IMG/VR virus record: IMGVR_UViG_3300027747_000967
Location: 1-64,000 of that record
DNA length: 64,000 nucleotides
DNA from: a virus
Reading direction: 5' to 3' (one strand)
How positions within the stretch are numbered: the stretch's first letter is position 1; every line of letters starts with the position of its first letter. The notes under the pieces are model-generated. The model made no database searches and was not told the origin of the DNA. It was given only the letters and a program-made list of their open reading frames with translations. Both the position numbers and the translations under genes were made by a program. Below, one piece after another: positions 9,326 through 18,872 of this stretch.

Positions 9326-9543
9326 ATAGGTAAACGAGATACTTTCTTTAATAAATTAAGTTCTTCTGCTTCCATTTTAATCTTGGCTTTAAGTGGTGCA
9401 CTAATTAAAGTAGCAGCCACTTCTATTTCAAGTCCTGTGACTTTGCAATGATGACAGATAGCATCCATCAATGCTAAATTTTCATCCAATGCTAGTTTTT
9501 CAATAAAATTACTGAAGTCTATCTGTTCTTCTTTGCTCGCCAC
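9322..9543 (-). CDS. 33: Late transcription coactivator (gp33)
   Basis: MDAICHHC..LEIE..LISAPLKAKIKMEAEELNLL..SRLPI. Confidence 0.85.
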   Translation of the reverse strand: MASKEEQIDFSNFIEKLALDENLALMDAICHHCKVTGLEIEVAATLISAPLKAKIKMEAEELNLLKKVSRLPI

Positions 9544-9694
9544 GGTAATTCTCCAATGTGATAATTAAATAATCCAATTCATCTTTTTCCATCGTAATAC
9601 ATTGAGACCACTCAGGTGGTTTCCCACCTGTTTCGTGTGTCCTTACCAACATAATACTACTGTTAGCATATTCTTTTATTTTAAATGTTGGCAT
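9509..9694 (-). CDS. Hypothetical protein
   Basis: Fills the gap in the operon, overlapping both neighbours. Confidence 0.4.
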   Translation of the reverse strand: MPTFKIKEYANSSIMLVRTHETGGKPPEWSQCITMEKDELDYLIITLENYRGEQRRTDRLQ

Positions 9695-10208
9695 AAAATA
9701 TATGTCTTCCTATTTGAATGACTTTGCGTAATCTCCAACCTGGATTTACATCAATGCTATGAAAATACATTGCATTAGTTCTTCTAACTATATCATCAGG
9801 TTGACCTTTTGTCAACACTTCTAGAGCAATATCTTGTGATTCCTTCCAAGCATTATTATTTGGTTGCACCAACTCTTTAAATGCTGCCCATGAGAATTGG
9901 TAAATAAAAAATCCATTAACAATTGACTTTTGATAGACAACTTCACATATTGTTTTTGGAAATCTTGGGTCATTGAGGCGATTCATCACTACATTTGCTA
10001 CAGCGATTTTGCCTGCTCTTGGTTCACCTGAGGCTTCATAATATATTGCTCTTGATAGACAACTTAAATCTTTTGAATTTACTTCATTTTTTACTATCTG
10101 TTCAATCGTATCTTCTTGTGTAACTTGTGCTGAAGGTAATGTTGAAAATGTTAAACTACTGATTAATAAAATTGCTGCTGTTGTTTTAAGTTTATTTGCG
10201 ATAAACAT
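9681..10208 (-). CDS. SleB/CwlJ-like cell wall hydrolase with signal peptide
   Basis: CLSRAIYYEASGE, AVANVVMNR, FPKTICEVVYQ, QFSW, IGRHIFY. Confidence 0.9.
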   Translation of the reverse strand: MFIANKLKTTAAILLISSLTFSTLPSAQVTQEDTIEQIVKNEVNSKDLSCLSRAIYYEASGEPRAGKIAVANVVMNRLNDPRFPKTICEVVYQKSIVNGFFIYQFSWAAFKELVQPNNNAWKESQDIALEVLTKGQPDDIVRRTNAMYFHSIDVNPGWRLRKVIQIGRHIFYANI

Positions 10209-10288
10209 TCAAACTCCTTTCTTTTTTGGTGCTTCTTCGGCCGAGTGTCCTCAACCCTAACGGCTTCCGCATTGCCGATTCTTACGAA

Positions 10289-10420
10289 TTACTTAATCGC
10301 TTCGGTTTTCTTGCCTTTTAATGACTTCTTAATAGCTTTGAACCAAAGTTTCTTTTCTTTCTCTTTGTTATGCTCGATACAAGCCTTATACATCTTTTTG
10401 ATTAATTTCTTAACTTTCAT
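10289..10420 (-). CDS. Small basic protein (43 aa, not in ORF track)
   Basis: MKVKKLIKKMYKACIEHNKEKEKKLWFKAIKKSLKGKKTEAIK*; GGAG RBS; follows the promoter at 10442. Confidence 0.6.
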   Translation of the reverse strand: MKVKKLIKKMYKACIEHNKEKEKKLWFKAIKKSLKGKKTEAIK

Positions 10421-10441
10421 AATAATCTCCAGTAAAATTCT

Positions 10442-10470
10442 ATTATAGAGGTTTATTTATCGCTTGTCAA
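10442..10470 (-). promoter_or_regulatory. Consensus sigma70 promoter
   Basis: TTGACA-17 bp-TATAAT. Confidence 0.75.
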
Positions 10471-10474
10471 GCGA

Positions 10475-11110
10475 TTATTTTGGTAACAATGTTTGAATGT
10501 CTACCGGTTCTTTTTCTATCACTTGTGCATGGTCAATATTGTCACAATAATAATATTTAACAGTATTATCAATATAAACAATCTTCCAATAACCTGTTGG
10601 TACTGGTATACCTTTCATCTTCTTATCGTCACCATAGATAGCAATCGTTACCACATCCATATCATGCATTGATTTATCAAAGGTTTTTCTAACATTTTCT
10701 TCTAATATTCTCCATGATTCACGGTTAACAGTAGGAAGTTGCGGTGTCATGTTCGTCATAAGAAATGTGTCATACATTTCATCATCATTAGATGCGTCTC
10801 CAGCGGGCGCCATATGACCTTTATCGTAACCACTTTTTAGATATTGTTGTGGTTGTGGTAACGTACCAACTCTAGTATCAGAACGGAAAGAATCCACTCT
10901 CTTTGCTGTACCTACGCCTTTGTTTGCTAAATGTTCTGATACCAAAATAACCCTTTTGTTTTTGTTATCAAATAATGAAACATAAAAAGAATTACAGAGC
11001 TCTACGGTATTAGGTACAACGATTGGTTTAGAATCTGGATAGAGGTGTTCACAAGAACTACCAAAACAATAAGAAGATAGGAAAACTGCGAGTAATAAAA
11101 ATTTTTTCAT
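10475..11110 (-). CDS. DNA/RNA non-specific endonuclease (NucA/EndoG family) with signal peptide
   Basis: SGYDKGHMAPAGD, TFLMTNMTPQ..NR..WR.LE, VPTGYWKI; N-terminal MKKFLLLAVFLSSYCFG. Confidence 0.9.
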   Translation of the reverse strand: MKKFLLLAVFLSSYCFGSSCEHLYPDSKPIVVPNTVELCNSFYVSLFDNKNKRVILVSEHLANKGVGTAKRVDSFRSDTRVGTLPQPQQYLKSGYDKGHMAPAGDASNDDEMYDTFLMTNMTPQLPTVNRESWRILEENVRKTFDKSMHDMDVVTIAIYGDDKKMKGIPVPTGYWKIVYIDNTVKYYYCDNIDHAQVIEKEPVDIQTLLPK

Positions 11111-11112
11111 GT

Positions 11113-11140
11113 GGCCTCCGCAAGGAAACCTTTATTTAGG
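11113..11140 (-). promoter_or_regulatory. Late-promoter-like box plus RBS-occluding hairpin
   Basis: CCTAAATA followed by GGUUUCC-UUGC-GGAGGCC, which contains the GGAGG RBS. Confidence 0.5.
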
Positions 11141-11157
11141 ATTTATTACAGGAGTAT

Positions 11158-11757
11158 TTACCTTTTGTTATTCAGACCTGGTGTGAATACCAATTGAAAT
11201 GTGCTTGATTTTTTGAGTGTAAATGAACCTGTTGCAATACCAAGTTTATCTGCTGGCATATCAGTTAATTCTTCTCCGTTCCATAATTTCCAACCAGCAT
11301 TGACTCTTAAACATTTTGTAGCATTATAATCACTTACAAAATACCATTGAAAAGCAATGAGTTTTGTACCTCTATAAAGTTTCCAATTACATGAACCTGG
11401 ATGATATGGACCATCACCTGTTGCTCTATCGCCTGAGATTACTAGTGTATCACCAACTTGACAACTTGCGCCTAATAACATATCAAAACCATACGCAGGG
11501 TTTCTCCATAACCATCCGGTACGATTAGCCCAACGTTGGAATCCATTCGCATTTGCAGGAAAGAAACGATGTTCTTCTTTGTAGCCGTCATCACCATCAC
11601 AGGTATTATCGTATGTTTGAAATAAACTTAACCATTTTGGTAAGTTACCATCTTTATCACAAAATAAAGCAACAAATGGTGCTAATGGATAACTAAAAAT
11701 ATCAATAACAAACTGAATGATTGCTAAGATAATATACTTCGTGAGTAATAAAAACAT
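11158..11757 (-). CDS. Phage membrane-anchored hypothetical protein (start trimmed to MFLLL)
   Basis: N-terminal TM; LPKWLSLFQTYDN..DGD and WLWRNPAYGF; AGGA RBS before 11757. Confidence 0.6.
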   Translation of the reverse strand: MFLLLTKYIILAIIQFVIDIFSYPLAPFVALFCDKDGNLPKWLSLFQTYDNTCDGDDGYKEEHRFFPANANGFQRWANRTGWLWRNPAYGFDMLLGASCQVGDTLVISGDRATGDGPYHPGSCNWKLYRGTKLIAFQWYFVSDYNATKCLRVNAGWKLWNGEELTDMPADKLGIATGSFTLKKSSTFQLVFTPGLNNKR

Positions 11758-11758
11758 T

Positions 11759-12415
11759 TTAATTTTCCTTGTAGAATTGAATTGCTCGAACAAGACCTTC
11801 AATATGTTCTTCCACTTTTTCAACGAATACCAATGGATATTTAGTGTCCTCAACTGCCATAATAATAACGATTTGGTTGATTGGTTTGCCTACTAATTCT
11901 TCATAAGCAAGAGCATAGAATGTTGATTGCCAGAAATAAGAAAGAATATTCTCTCTGTATTTAATCTTTGAGGATGTTTTATAATCCATCACAGATAATT
12001 CACCATCAAATTCAGCAATTAAATCGGAACGACCTGCTGAACCTATTTTCTTAGAATAGAAAGATTGTTCAACATAATGAATATTGTTTACTCTTTCTTG
12101 TAGAACAGGTTTAATTGATTTAAACATCTCCAAAGCATCAGGCATTGATTCTCTAAGTGGTTTGTTCTGTATGAAATCTTCACAAAGATTATGCACTCTG
12201 GTACCACGACCAGAGGCTTTAGCGGATACACGATTGGCTTCTTCATTACCTACTCTTTTACGCCATGCGGCAATACCTGCTTTGCTTTGTGCTGAGAGTA
12301 TGGTAGTAATTGAAGGTAGACGAGTACCATCAGGCAAGGTATAGAAACGCTTGCCATCAGGAAAAGTTTCAGATGAAAGGTCTTGTAATTCTTTAGGTGG
12401 GCAATAGTTGAACAT
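11759..12415 (-). CDS. PD-(D/E)xK exonuclease (T4-like phage exonuclease family)
   Basis: LPSITTIL, WRKRVG, RGTRVH, AGRSDLI, DYKTS, Q..FYA. Confidence 0.85.
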   Translation of the reverse strand: MFNYCPPKELQDLSSETFPDGKRFYTLPDGTRLPSITTILSAQSKAGIAAWRKRVGNEEANRVSAKASGRGTRVHNLCEDFIQNKPLRESMPDALEMFKSIKPVLQERVNNIHYVEQSFYSKKIGSAGRSDLIAEFDGELSVMDYKTSSKIKYRENILSYFWQSTFYALAYEELVGKPINQIVIIMAVEDTKYPLVFVEKVEEHIEGLVRAIQFYKEN

Positions 12416-12422
12416 AATATAA

Positions 12423-12452
12423 TACTTGGTAGTGTTTAAATTCTACCAAGTA
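12423..12452. terminator. Perfect 10-bp inverted repeat (terminator or translational hairpin)
   Basis: tacttggtag-10 nt-ctaccaagta just upstream of the exonuclease ATG. Confidence 0.45.
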
Positions 12453-12461
12453 ATTTTTCCA

Positions 12462-12674
12462 TTAAGCCGCTGGTGCTGACTTTTTTTCAGCTGTATCCTG
12501 CGGTTGTTGTGGTAACTGAGGAATAGCTTGCTCTTTGATTTTGTCAATCAAACCACGACTTACTTTGTGTGGTAATTCATCTAAGCCGGTTAGAATTAAA
12601 TTTACTTCTTCAACAAATAAAGTTAAATCAATCTTAACTGCCTGTTGTGTTACAGATGATGTGTTATCACTCAT
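12462..12674 (-). CDS. Small late hypothetical protein
   Basis: GGAG RBS; TATAAATA at 12729-12736 upstream. Confidence 0.65.
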   Translation of the reverse strand: MSDNTSSVTQQAVKIDLTLFVEEVNLILTGLDELPHKVSRGLIDKIKEQAIPQLPQQPQDTAEKKSAPAA

Positions 12675-12786
12675 TTATATCTCCATTAAAAGAACATTTA
12701 AAAATACTACTAAAAAATCATTGTATCATATTTATATGATGTTGTCAATACTTTACCAAACCATTATTGGTATAATTAGTTTCATA

Positions 12787-12978
12787 TTATTCATCCGCAG
12801 GAATTGGAATTCCACCTTCTGCAAGCCACGCTAGGTATGCTTGGTAGTCTGTGTTGTCAGGGTCAAAAGGAATAGATAAATAACGACCATCTTCTGTAAT
12901 GCCAACAATAGAATTATGTGTAGTTGGATTTGGCAATCCAATTGTTGAAACAAGTTTTTCTAGTTGATAATTTTTCAT
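12787..12978 (-). CDS. Tail-fibre-associated small protein (chaperone-like)
   Basis: SIPFDPDNTDYQAYLAWLAEG..P.PAD motif; abuts the fibre gene. Confidence 0.65.
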   Translation of the reverse strand: MKNYQLEKLVSTIGLPNPTTHNSIVGITEDGRYLSIPFDPDNTDYQAYLAWLAEGGIPIPADE

Positions 12979-14226
12979 TTATAACTCCGCTGATGCTTCA
13001 TAACCATATCCAATATAACAATCAGAACCGCCTGATACTTGAGTTGCAAGAACTGAAATACCAGAAGTTGTTTTATCTAAATTGGTATATACAGTTGTTC
13101 CACCACGAACTTCTACTTGATTTGTATAGGATGTGGTACGTGTTGAAACTGTAACAGTAGGAGTAGCTCTTTTTTCTATTTTAAAAGATGTAGAAATTGA
13201 TGCTTGCGTTCCTGTTGCTCCTGAAAATCCAACTAATGTATTTACCATATATCCAAAAATAGCTGTAGCAGAAATAATTGTTCCATTAGAGTTTCTATAT
13301 GCCATGCTTGGGTACATTTCATAATACCTCTGACACAACGCTAACTCAGTACCATACGGTCTATACTCAAAACTTGTAGCGTTTGAGCCTACTTCTAATT
13401 GAACACCTGTTATGTAGAATGTTGCACTTGATGTGCCGACTACGGATGTTGCTCCTGTAGCTGAAACATATGCACCAGCAGCCCATGCTCCTGCTGTATT
13501 GCTTAATGTTGAACCAGCACCTAATGAAAAATAAACTGCTATTCCCCATCCATTAGTAGTCCCCCATGTTCCAGTAGTGTCACCTGCAACCGTTATTGAA
13601 ATTTGTGTCCATGTATTTGCTGTTGGTATTGAATAACTAAATGGGTAACTTCTAGTAAAAGATGCGTTAATAAATGCACCACCAAAAGTACCAGTTAATG
13701 AACTGCGAACCCAAAAAGATAGAGTTACTGTTTTAGCATTTGCCGTACCCCATCCTAAATCAGCAATATTGTAACCTTCTATTCTTTGAGAAACAGTAAA
13801 ACTATCTCCAGCACCTACTGTAAATGCTGAAGCCACAGTTAAACCTTGATAATATGTAAATCCCGTAGGAGGAGTCACAGAACCAGCATTTTGTTGTGCA
13901 GTAAATTTAGACGCTTGAGAACTATTAAATGCAAATCTATCTACCAAATAATCACCATTGGCAGGTGTAACACTAGCACCAGCATTTCTTTGGTCTATAA
14001 CCATAGCACCGTTAATAATACGATTCCTAAACACAGAACTTGCAGGTGCAAATGAATTACCTAAAGTATCCGTTATCTTATTACTAACTAAGGTGTTTGC
14101 TGTTGTTGTACCACTTAATGTAAGGTTAGCAGATAACTGATTAGTACCAATGGCATTATTAGCAACTTGTAAACCAGTGATGGTATTTGCTAATATATCA
14201 TTATTTGTAATTTGTTGTAACGCCAT
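12979..14226 (-). CDS. Tail fibre / carbohydrate-binding virion appendage protein
   Basis: RNRIINGAMVIDQRN, VTLSFWVRSS, ITGVQLEVG..ATSFE..ELALCQRYY; Thr/Ser/Gly-rich. Confidence 0.75.
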   Translation of the reverse strand: MALQQITNNDILANTITGLQVANNAIGTNQLSANLTLSGTTTANTLVSNKITDTLGNSFAPASSVFRNRIINGAMVIDQRNAGASVTPANGDYLVDRFAFNSSQASKFTAQQNAGSVTPPTGFTYYQGLTVASAFTVGAGDSFTVSQRIEGYNIADLGWGTANAKTVTLSFWVRSSLTGTFGGAFINASFTRSYPFSYSIPTANTWTQISITVAGDTTGTWGTTNGWGIAVYFSLGAGSTLSNTAGAWAAGAYVSATGATSVVGTSSATFYITGVQLEVGSNATSFEYRPYGTELALCQRYYEMYPSMAYRNSNGTIISATAIFGYMVNTLVGFSGATGTQASISTSFKIEKRATPTVTVSTRTTSYTNQVEVRGGTTVYTNLDKTTSGISVLATQVSGGSDCYIGYGYEASAEL

Positions 14227-14252
14227 TATTCTTCTCTCTGAATGTTATTATG

Positions 14253-14260
14253 TATTTATA
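14253..14260 (-). promoter_or_regulatory. T4-type late promoter
   Basis: Exact TATAAATA 27 bp upstream of the fibre gene. Confidence 0.75.
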
Positions 14261-14455
14261 TCAGTTATAAAATGAGTTTCTGTGTGGGTCAAATGGTGAT
14301 GCTAATATCACTTCTTCGTAATTTCTTGTTTCTTTTGCTTTATCTTGTAATTCTTGTAATACTTTTTCCTTATTGTTATGTTCATAATAGAGTCTTTGTT
14401 TTTTTGACATTTCTCTTTTAATTGACATAATGCTCCTTTAAGGTTGTTTAATTTG

Positions 14456-14737
14456 TTACCACTCTCTTGGCATTTTTGTTTTATGTGACTTGTGTAATGT
14501 ATTGCCAGGTATTGTATCTTTCATGCGTTGAATGACACCTTGTTCAAATGCTTTATCCGCAGTTGCAGTTCCTGGTACAGACATACGACCAGCATCAGAA
14601 AACTTTGGTAAATTCTCAGCAAAAATTTGTAATTCTAAATTTGGGTTATCCCGTTTGAATAAATCCAGAACGGTATATGACATTTTCTTTTCAAATATTT
14701 CACCTGAATCTTTGTCTTTAAATGTATAAGTTGGCAC
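14456..14737 (-). CDS. FmdB-like small protein lacking Zn cysteines
   Basis: MPTYTFKD..GEIFEK N-terminus. Confidence 0.55.
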   Translation of the reverse strand: MPTYTFKDKDSGEIFEKKMSYTVLDLFKRDNPNLELQIFAENLPKFSDAGRMSVPGTATADKAFEQGVIQRMKDTIPGNTLHKSHKTKMPREW

Positions 14738-15333
14738 TAATATGCTCCAATTTCTTCTGAAAATTCCATGAGTGAATCTAAGGCTTTTTCACGCCACCAC
14801 ATTGGTGATTCTCTGTTATTTATCTTACCTTCCCATCTTGCCAAATGTTGCTTGTTCATCCAGTAGTAATTACGATAAGAAGCAATAGAATCACCTGGTA
14901 TTTTACATTCATCAGGCATAGCAGTTGCAAAAGGCGTTCTATTGGATATTTTTATATTATTAGGTAAATTTTTTAAATAAGGTAATAATTTTTCACAAGC
15001 ATGATTTTTACCATAACGATATGTGTATTCTTTTAACATTTCTAATAATAAATTATAATGCCATTTATAGTTTTCTGATGTTTTGTATGTCCATACACTA
15101 CATGGATGGTTCAAATGTGATACCCCGTATAATACACTTTCTCGTTCATCATTGAGTATATATTTTTTTACATTACGATTTGTTTTTGATTTGACGATTG
15201 TTTCAGTACCATCAAGGTAACGATGAGCTGTAGATAACATCATTGCACTTTCAAGAGGCATTTTTACACAATGTTTATCTACTTGCCACCTAGCAATTTC
15301 TTTAACGTTTTCAGATAAGGCAAAGATGTTCAT
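14737..15333 (-). CDS. Pyrimidine-dimer DNA glycosylase (DenV-like)
   Basis: MNIFAL, DKHCVKMPLESAMMLSTAH, HLNHPCSVW, EYTYRYGKNH, AMPDE. Confidence 0.8.
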   Translation of the reverse strand: MNIFALSENVKEIARWQVDKHCVKMPLESAMMLSTAHRYLDGTETIVKSKTNRNVKKYILNDERESVLYGVSHLNHPCSVWTYKTSENYKWHYNLLLEMLKEYTYRYGKNHACEKLLPYLKNLPNNIKISNRTPFATAMPDECKIPGDSIASYRNYYWMNKQHLARWEGKINNRESPMWWREKALDSLMEFSEEIGAY

Positions 15334-15529
15334 ATAATAAATTCCAATTTTCTTTATTTAAAATGTGTTCTTCTTCTGTAAGAACTTCAAATCTATATTT
15401 TTTCTTAGCTTCAAGAAATTTCGTTAGATTATCTCCATAATTATACATTGAAATTGGCTTTATTTCAACCACCAAGTCAAAGTTTACCAAATAAAAATCT
15501 GGAAAATATGTTCTAATTTTGATTCTCAC
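15311..15529 (-). pseudogene. C-terminal remnant of a TnsA/gp4-like PD-(D/E)xK endonuclease
   Basis: RTYFPDFYL..VVEIKP..F.VLTE with no ATG start and no N-terminal half. Confidence 0.55.
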
Positions 15530-15544
15530 TTATTAAAATTTTGT

Positions 15545-15586
15545 TATAAATAGGTGTAGGTCACGGTACTGGACATACCCACCTAC
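15545..15586 (+). promoter_or_regulatory. Late promoter plus leader hairpin for the homing endonuclease
   Basis: TATAAATA 15545-15552; gtaggt..ggta-ctggaca-tacc..acctac stem-loop. Confidence 0.6.
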
Positions 15587-15619
15587 TCTATGTTCATATT
15601 TTAACAGGAAACACAGCTC

Positions 15620-16189
15620 ATGTCAAGCAATATTTATCAACCATCATTGGTATATTATGTTTATGCTTATCTCCGAGAAGATGGCACACCTTATTACATT
15701 GGTAAAGGTAAAGGTGATAGAGCATGGTCTAAACACCACACCTATCATATACCAGCTTATAAAAATAGAATAATCATAATAGAAAAAAATCTTACCGAAA
15801 TTGGTGCTTTATCATTAGAAAGAAGATTAATTAGATGGTATGGCCGTAAAGATAATAACACCGGAATCTTACGAAATTTAACTGATGGTGGAGATACAAC
15901 TATTGGTTATAAACATACCGAAAAATGGAAAAAAGAAAATGGCAAAAGAACTTCACATTTTAACAAAATAAGATGGAAAAATGATGAATTTAAGAAAAAA
16001 ATGTCCGGTCATTTCAGTAAACAAAATAGTAAGAATTGGTTAATATTTACTCCACAAAACGAAACAATACAAATAAAAAATTTAAGAATATTTTGCGATA
16101 ACAATAATTTAGATTACGGATGTATGAAAAAGGTTTCACAAGGTAAAACTAAAAAACACCGAGGACATTCTTGTAAAAGAATAGATTAA
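15620..16189 (+). mobile_element. Free-standing GIY-YIG homing endonuclease, antisense to its neighbours
   Basis: [31 protein letters not shown]-like GYKHTEKWK and [10 protein letters not shown]. Confidence 0.8.
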
Positions 16190-17502
16190 TACTTCCAATC
16201 CATGCAATAACCGTGTTTTTTGAGTTTTTTTAGTGCTGTTTCGCAACGCTGGCCAATATCCGTCCGGTACTGTGGATCATTACCAACTTTTACTTTTTTG
16301 ACATTGGCATATGCTTTGTCTTTAGCTTCACTAATAGTATCACCAGTACCGGTGAGAACAATGATATAAGAACCAGCAGTACCTAATTCGGGAATGTTTT
16401 CACATAGTTCTCCATCAATCATCTTCATGGTGCTTGAGAGTTTCATCTCACACGGGTGTAAATTCTTATAGTCAATGTCATCTGTCAATACAGGAAAATC
16501 TAAGTAATCTTCTTCGTCACGCTTGTTGAATGGAAAATCAGCATTTGCAATGACCACACCTACTGTTGTTTTGTATTCCACTTCTAATGTATTCTTACCT
16601 TTGACACAATCTAACATCCACTCAGCAGGATCCTCATTTATCATACAAGGTTGCATGATATTCCACATAGGATAACCAGGTCTCGCAGTCCATTCCATTG
16701 GCCATGGCGTTCCGTCTTTCTCATCTACGATAACATTCATGTCTAACATACCAACGTAACCAATCTCTTTTAGAGTCTTTTCCATTGGTTTCATCAGTAT
16801 GTCTGCTAACTTGGATTGTTTAGTGTAACGAATAACTGTTCCCATTTCACCTGTGTTTACGCCTAAGTCACCATTCATTTGTTTCTTAAACTCAAAACCT
16901 TCTGCCCAAAAGTCCATCCAACCGGCAGGACCAAAGATACCAGTTACAGCAATTTCTGTACCAGCTCTAAATTCTTGTAATATGAAATACGGGGCGCCAT
17001 TTTTACCTGAATTCTTACGCTTGGTTAAGAATCCGATAAGGTCGGCTTCGTCTTTTGCTACATATGAAAGTGTTTTATCTTCTTCTTCACCACATGGTTT
17101 GCAGACATAACGCTTTGGATTATCTTTAACAAATTTAATAGCTGCATCGTAATTTTTAAATTCGGTAGAAGGTATAATTGGTCCTTTAAATGCTTTAATC
17201 ACATTTTGACCATACATTCTATCCAATTCTAATTTGGCTGAACGCTTGCCAGGTCCGAATACAGGATAACCTTTTTTAATATAAGAATCAATCTCATCCA
17301 TATGCTCAAGGTTGTCTGCTGAGTAAATTAAATCAGCAACATCCATATATTTTTTCCAATTGGTGACTTTATCTACTAAACCTTGACCAATATGGGAAGA
17401 ACGAGAACCTTTGGTATACCATTTTACAGTATGACCAAAGGCTAGACATCGGAGGCACCAGTCGAGATTAAGACCTGAAGGGTCTATTACCAGTATGAAC
17501 AT
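16186..17502 (-). CDS. PurD-like ATP-grasp ligase
   Basis: [52 protein letters not shown]. Confidence 0.75.
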   Translation of the reverse strand: MFILVIDPSGLNLDWCLRCLAFGHTVKWYTKGSRSSHIGQGLVDKVTNWKKYMDVADLIYSADNLEHMDEIDSYIKKGYPVFGPGKRSAKLELDRMYGQNVIKAFKGPIIPSTEFKNYDAAIKFVKDNPKRYVCKPCGEEEDKTLSYVAKDEADLIGFLTKRKNSGKNGAPYFILQEFRAGTEIAVTGIFGPAGWMDFWAEGFEFKKQMNGDLGVNTGEMGTVIRYTKQSKLADILMKPMEKTLKEIGYVGMLDMNVIVDEKDGTPWPMEWTARPGYPMWNIMQPCMINEDPAEWMLDCVKGKNTLEVEYKTTVGVVIANADFPFNKRDEEDYLDFPVLTDDIDYKNLHPCEMKLSSTMKMIDGELCENIPELGTAGSYIIVLTGTGDTISEAKDKAYANVKKVKVGNDPQYRTDIGQRCETALKKLKKHGYCMDWKY

Positions 17503-17538
17503 TTGAATTCCTAAGAGTTTATTGAACTATACTCTTAT

Positions 17539-17883
17539 TTATTCATCGTCAGTTTGTGGAGATTCCACAACTTCTTCTTTTATAGGTTCAGTTGGAAATG
17601 GCCATGCCGCATTTGCATCTAATTTCTTAGCTTTTTCTTTTGCACTACCAAACCATTGGTCTAAATCATCTAAATCATCATTAGATAAATCTTCAAAGAA
17701 ATCTTCGTCTTGAATGATGTCTAGACGACCATCAAATACAAATCCTGAACCTTTAAGAAACAATTCAAATTCTTCTAACAGACGGTCTAAAGAAACAGCA
17801 TTAAATTCAAAGGTGAGTTTACTGTCCCCTTCTTCTAACCAATTATCATCTTCGGGTTGTTTAATGAATGTATACTTACTCAT
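17539..17883 (-). CDS. Acidic hypothetical protein
   Basis: LLEEFELFLKGSGF motif; coupled to upstream ORF. Confidence 0.65.
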   Translation of the reverse strand: MSKYTFIKQPEDDNWLEEGDSKLTFEFNAVSLDRLLEEFELFLKGSGFVFDGRLDIIQDEDFFEDLSNDDLDDLDQWFGSAKEKAKKLDANAAWPFPTEPIKEEVVESPQTDDE

Positions 17884-18146
17884 AGTTTTGGAATCTCTAC
17901 ATTTGTTGATTTAAGTGATTTAACTTTCTTTGCAATATCTTCAGATGATACTGTTTGCATAGCAAATTGCTGAAATTGTGAATAAGAATCTTTTACTTTA
18001 TAAGATGTCTTGCCACCTGTTGCAGCTGAATCAGAGAAGAATAATGCAGCACCACCTTCCATTAACGGAGCAATCTCTAATACTAAATCCATATTAACTA
18101 ATACTTTGCAGTTTTTTTCAACTGACGTAACTTCAACCAATAACAT
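17880..18146 (-). CDS. Hypothetical protein
   Basis: ORF with GGGG RBS-like run and ATGA coupling. Confidence 0.6.
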   Translation of the reverse strand: MLLVEVTSVEKNCKVLVNMDLVLEIAPLMEGGAALFFSDSAATGGKTSYKVKDSYSQFQQFAMQTVSSEDIAKKVKSLKSTNVEIPKL

Positions 18147-18668
18147 TCTATTCCCCTTTTTCAGATTTAACTTCTTTATACTTCGCTAATTTTGCTCTTG
18201 ATTCGCTTGCTTCTGCATCAATCAACATTTTTCTCCAATGATTGTGCTTTGCGCCATCCAATAAAGCAAGAGCTCGTTTGCTTGATTTGGACAATTTAAA
18301 ATCTTTGTTTGTTTTCAATTCAATAACTCCATAGTGTAGACAGTATATAGTATAACACATAAAACGATAAAACACAAGCAGTACCAACCAAACTTTACCA
18401 TTTCTTCACGGTAATATTCCATTTCGAATCTTATCATATCGTTTTGTGCCACAATTTGAGGAGGACATTCATGCTCACCACCTAACGCAACAATAGTTTT
18501 ATGTGATTCTTTTAATCTGCGTTTGGCAGAAACATAATTGATAATACTATTCATCTTCCTCTTCCCAATCGGTATCTACCGAAACATTGTCGCAATCCCA
18601 CATTACATACTCGCAATCCATTTCATAAGGCAAATATGTTGAGGCTCTATCTACTTCAGGCATATCCA

Positions 18669-18872
18669 TTACATTATTTTATAGTCAATTCTGTGGCACT
18701 CAGGACATTCCACAGTCTTTTTTGGTGGTATACTAGTCAACAATACATATGGTTGTGGATAAAACATTTCCACTTTACAATCATTACACAGAACGTCTGC
18801 TCCATGTTCCGCTTGTAATTCTTTATATGTTTGTTTATTGTGTTCATCAATAGTTTTCATAATTAATCCCAT
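18669..18872 (-). CDS. Small zinc-finger protein
   Basis: CNDC..LLTSIPP..CPEC. Confidence 0.55.
   Translation of the reverse strand: MGLIMKTIDEHNKQTYKELQAEHGADVLCNDCKVEMFYPQPYVLLTSIPPKKTVECPECHRIDYKIM

Noticed and set aside
11759-12415. Exonuclease as Cas4 of a CRISPR system
   Set aside because: No Fe-S cysteines, no other cas genes and no array; it is a common T4-like phage exonuclease
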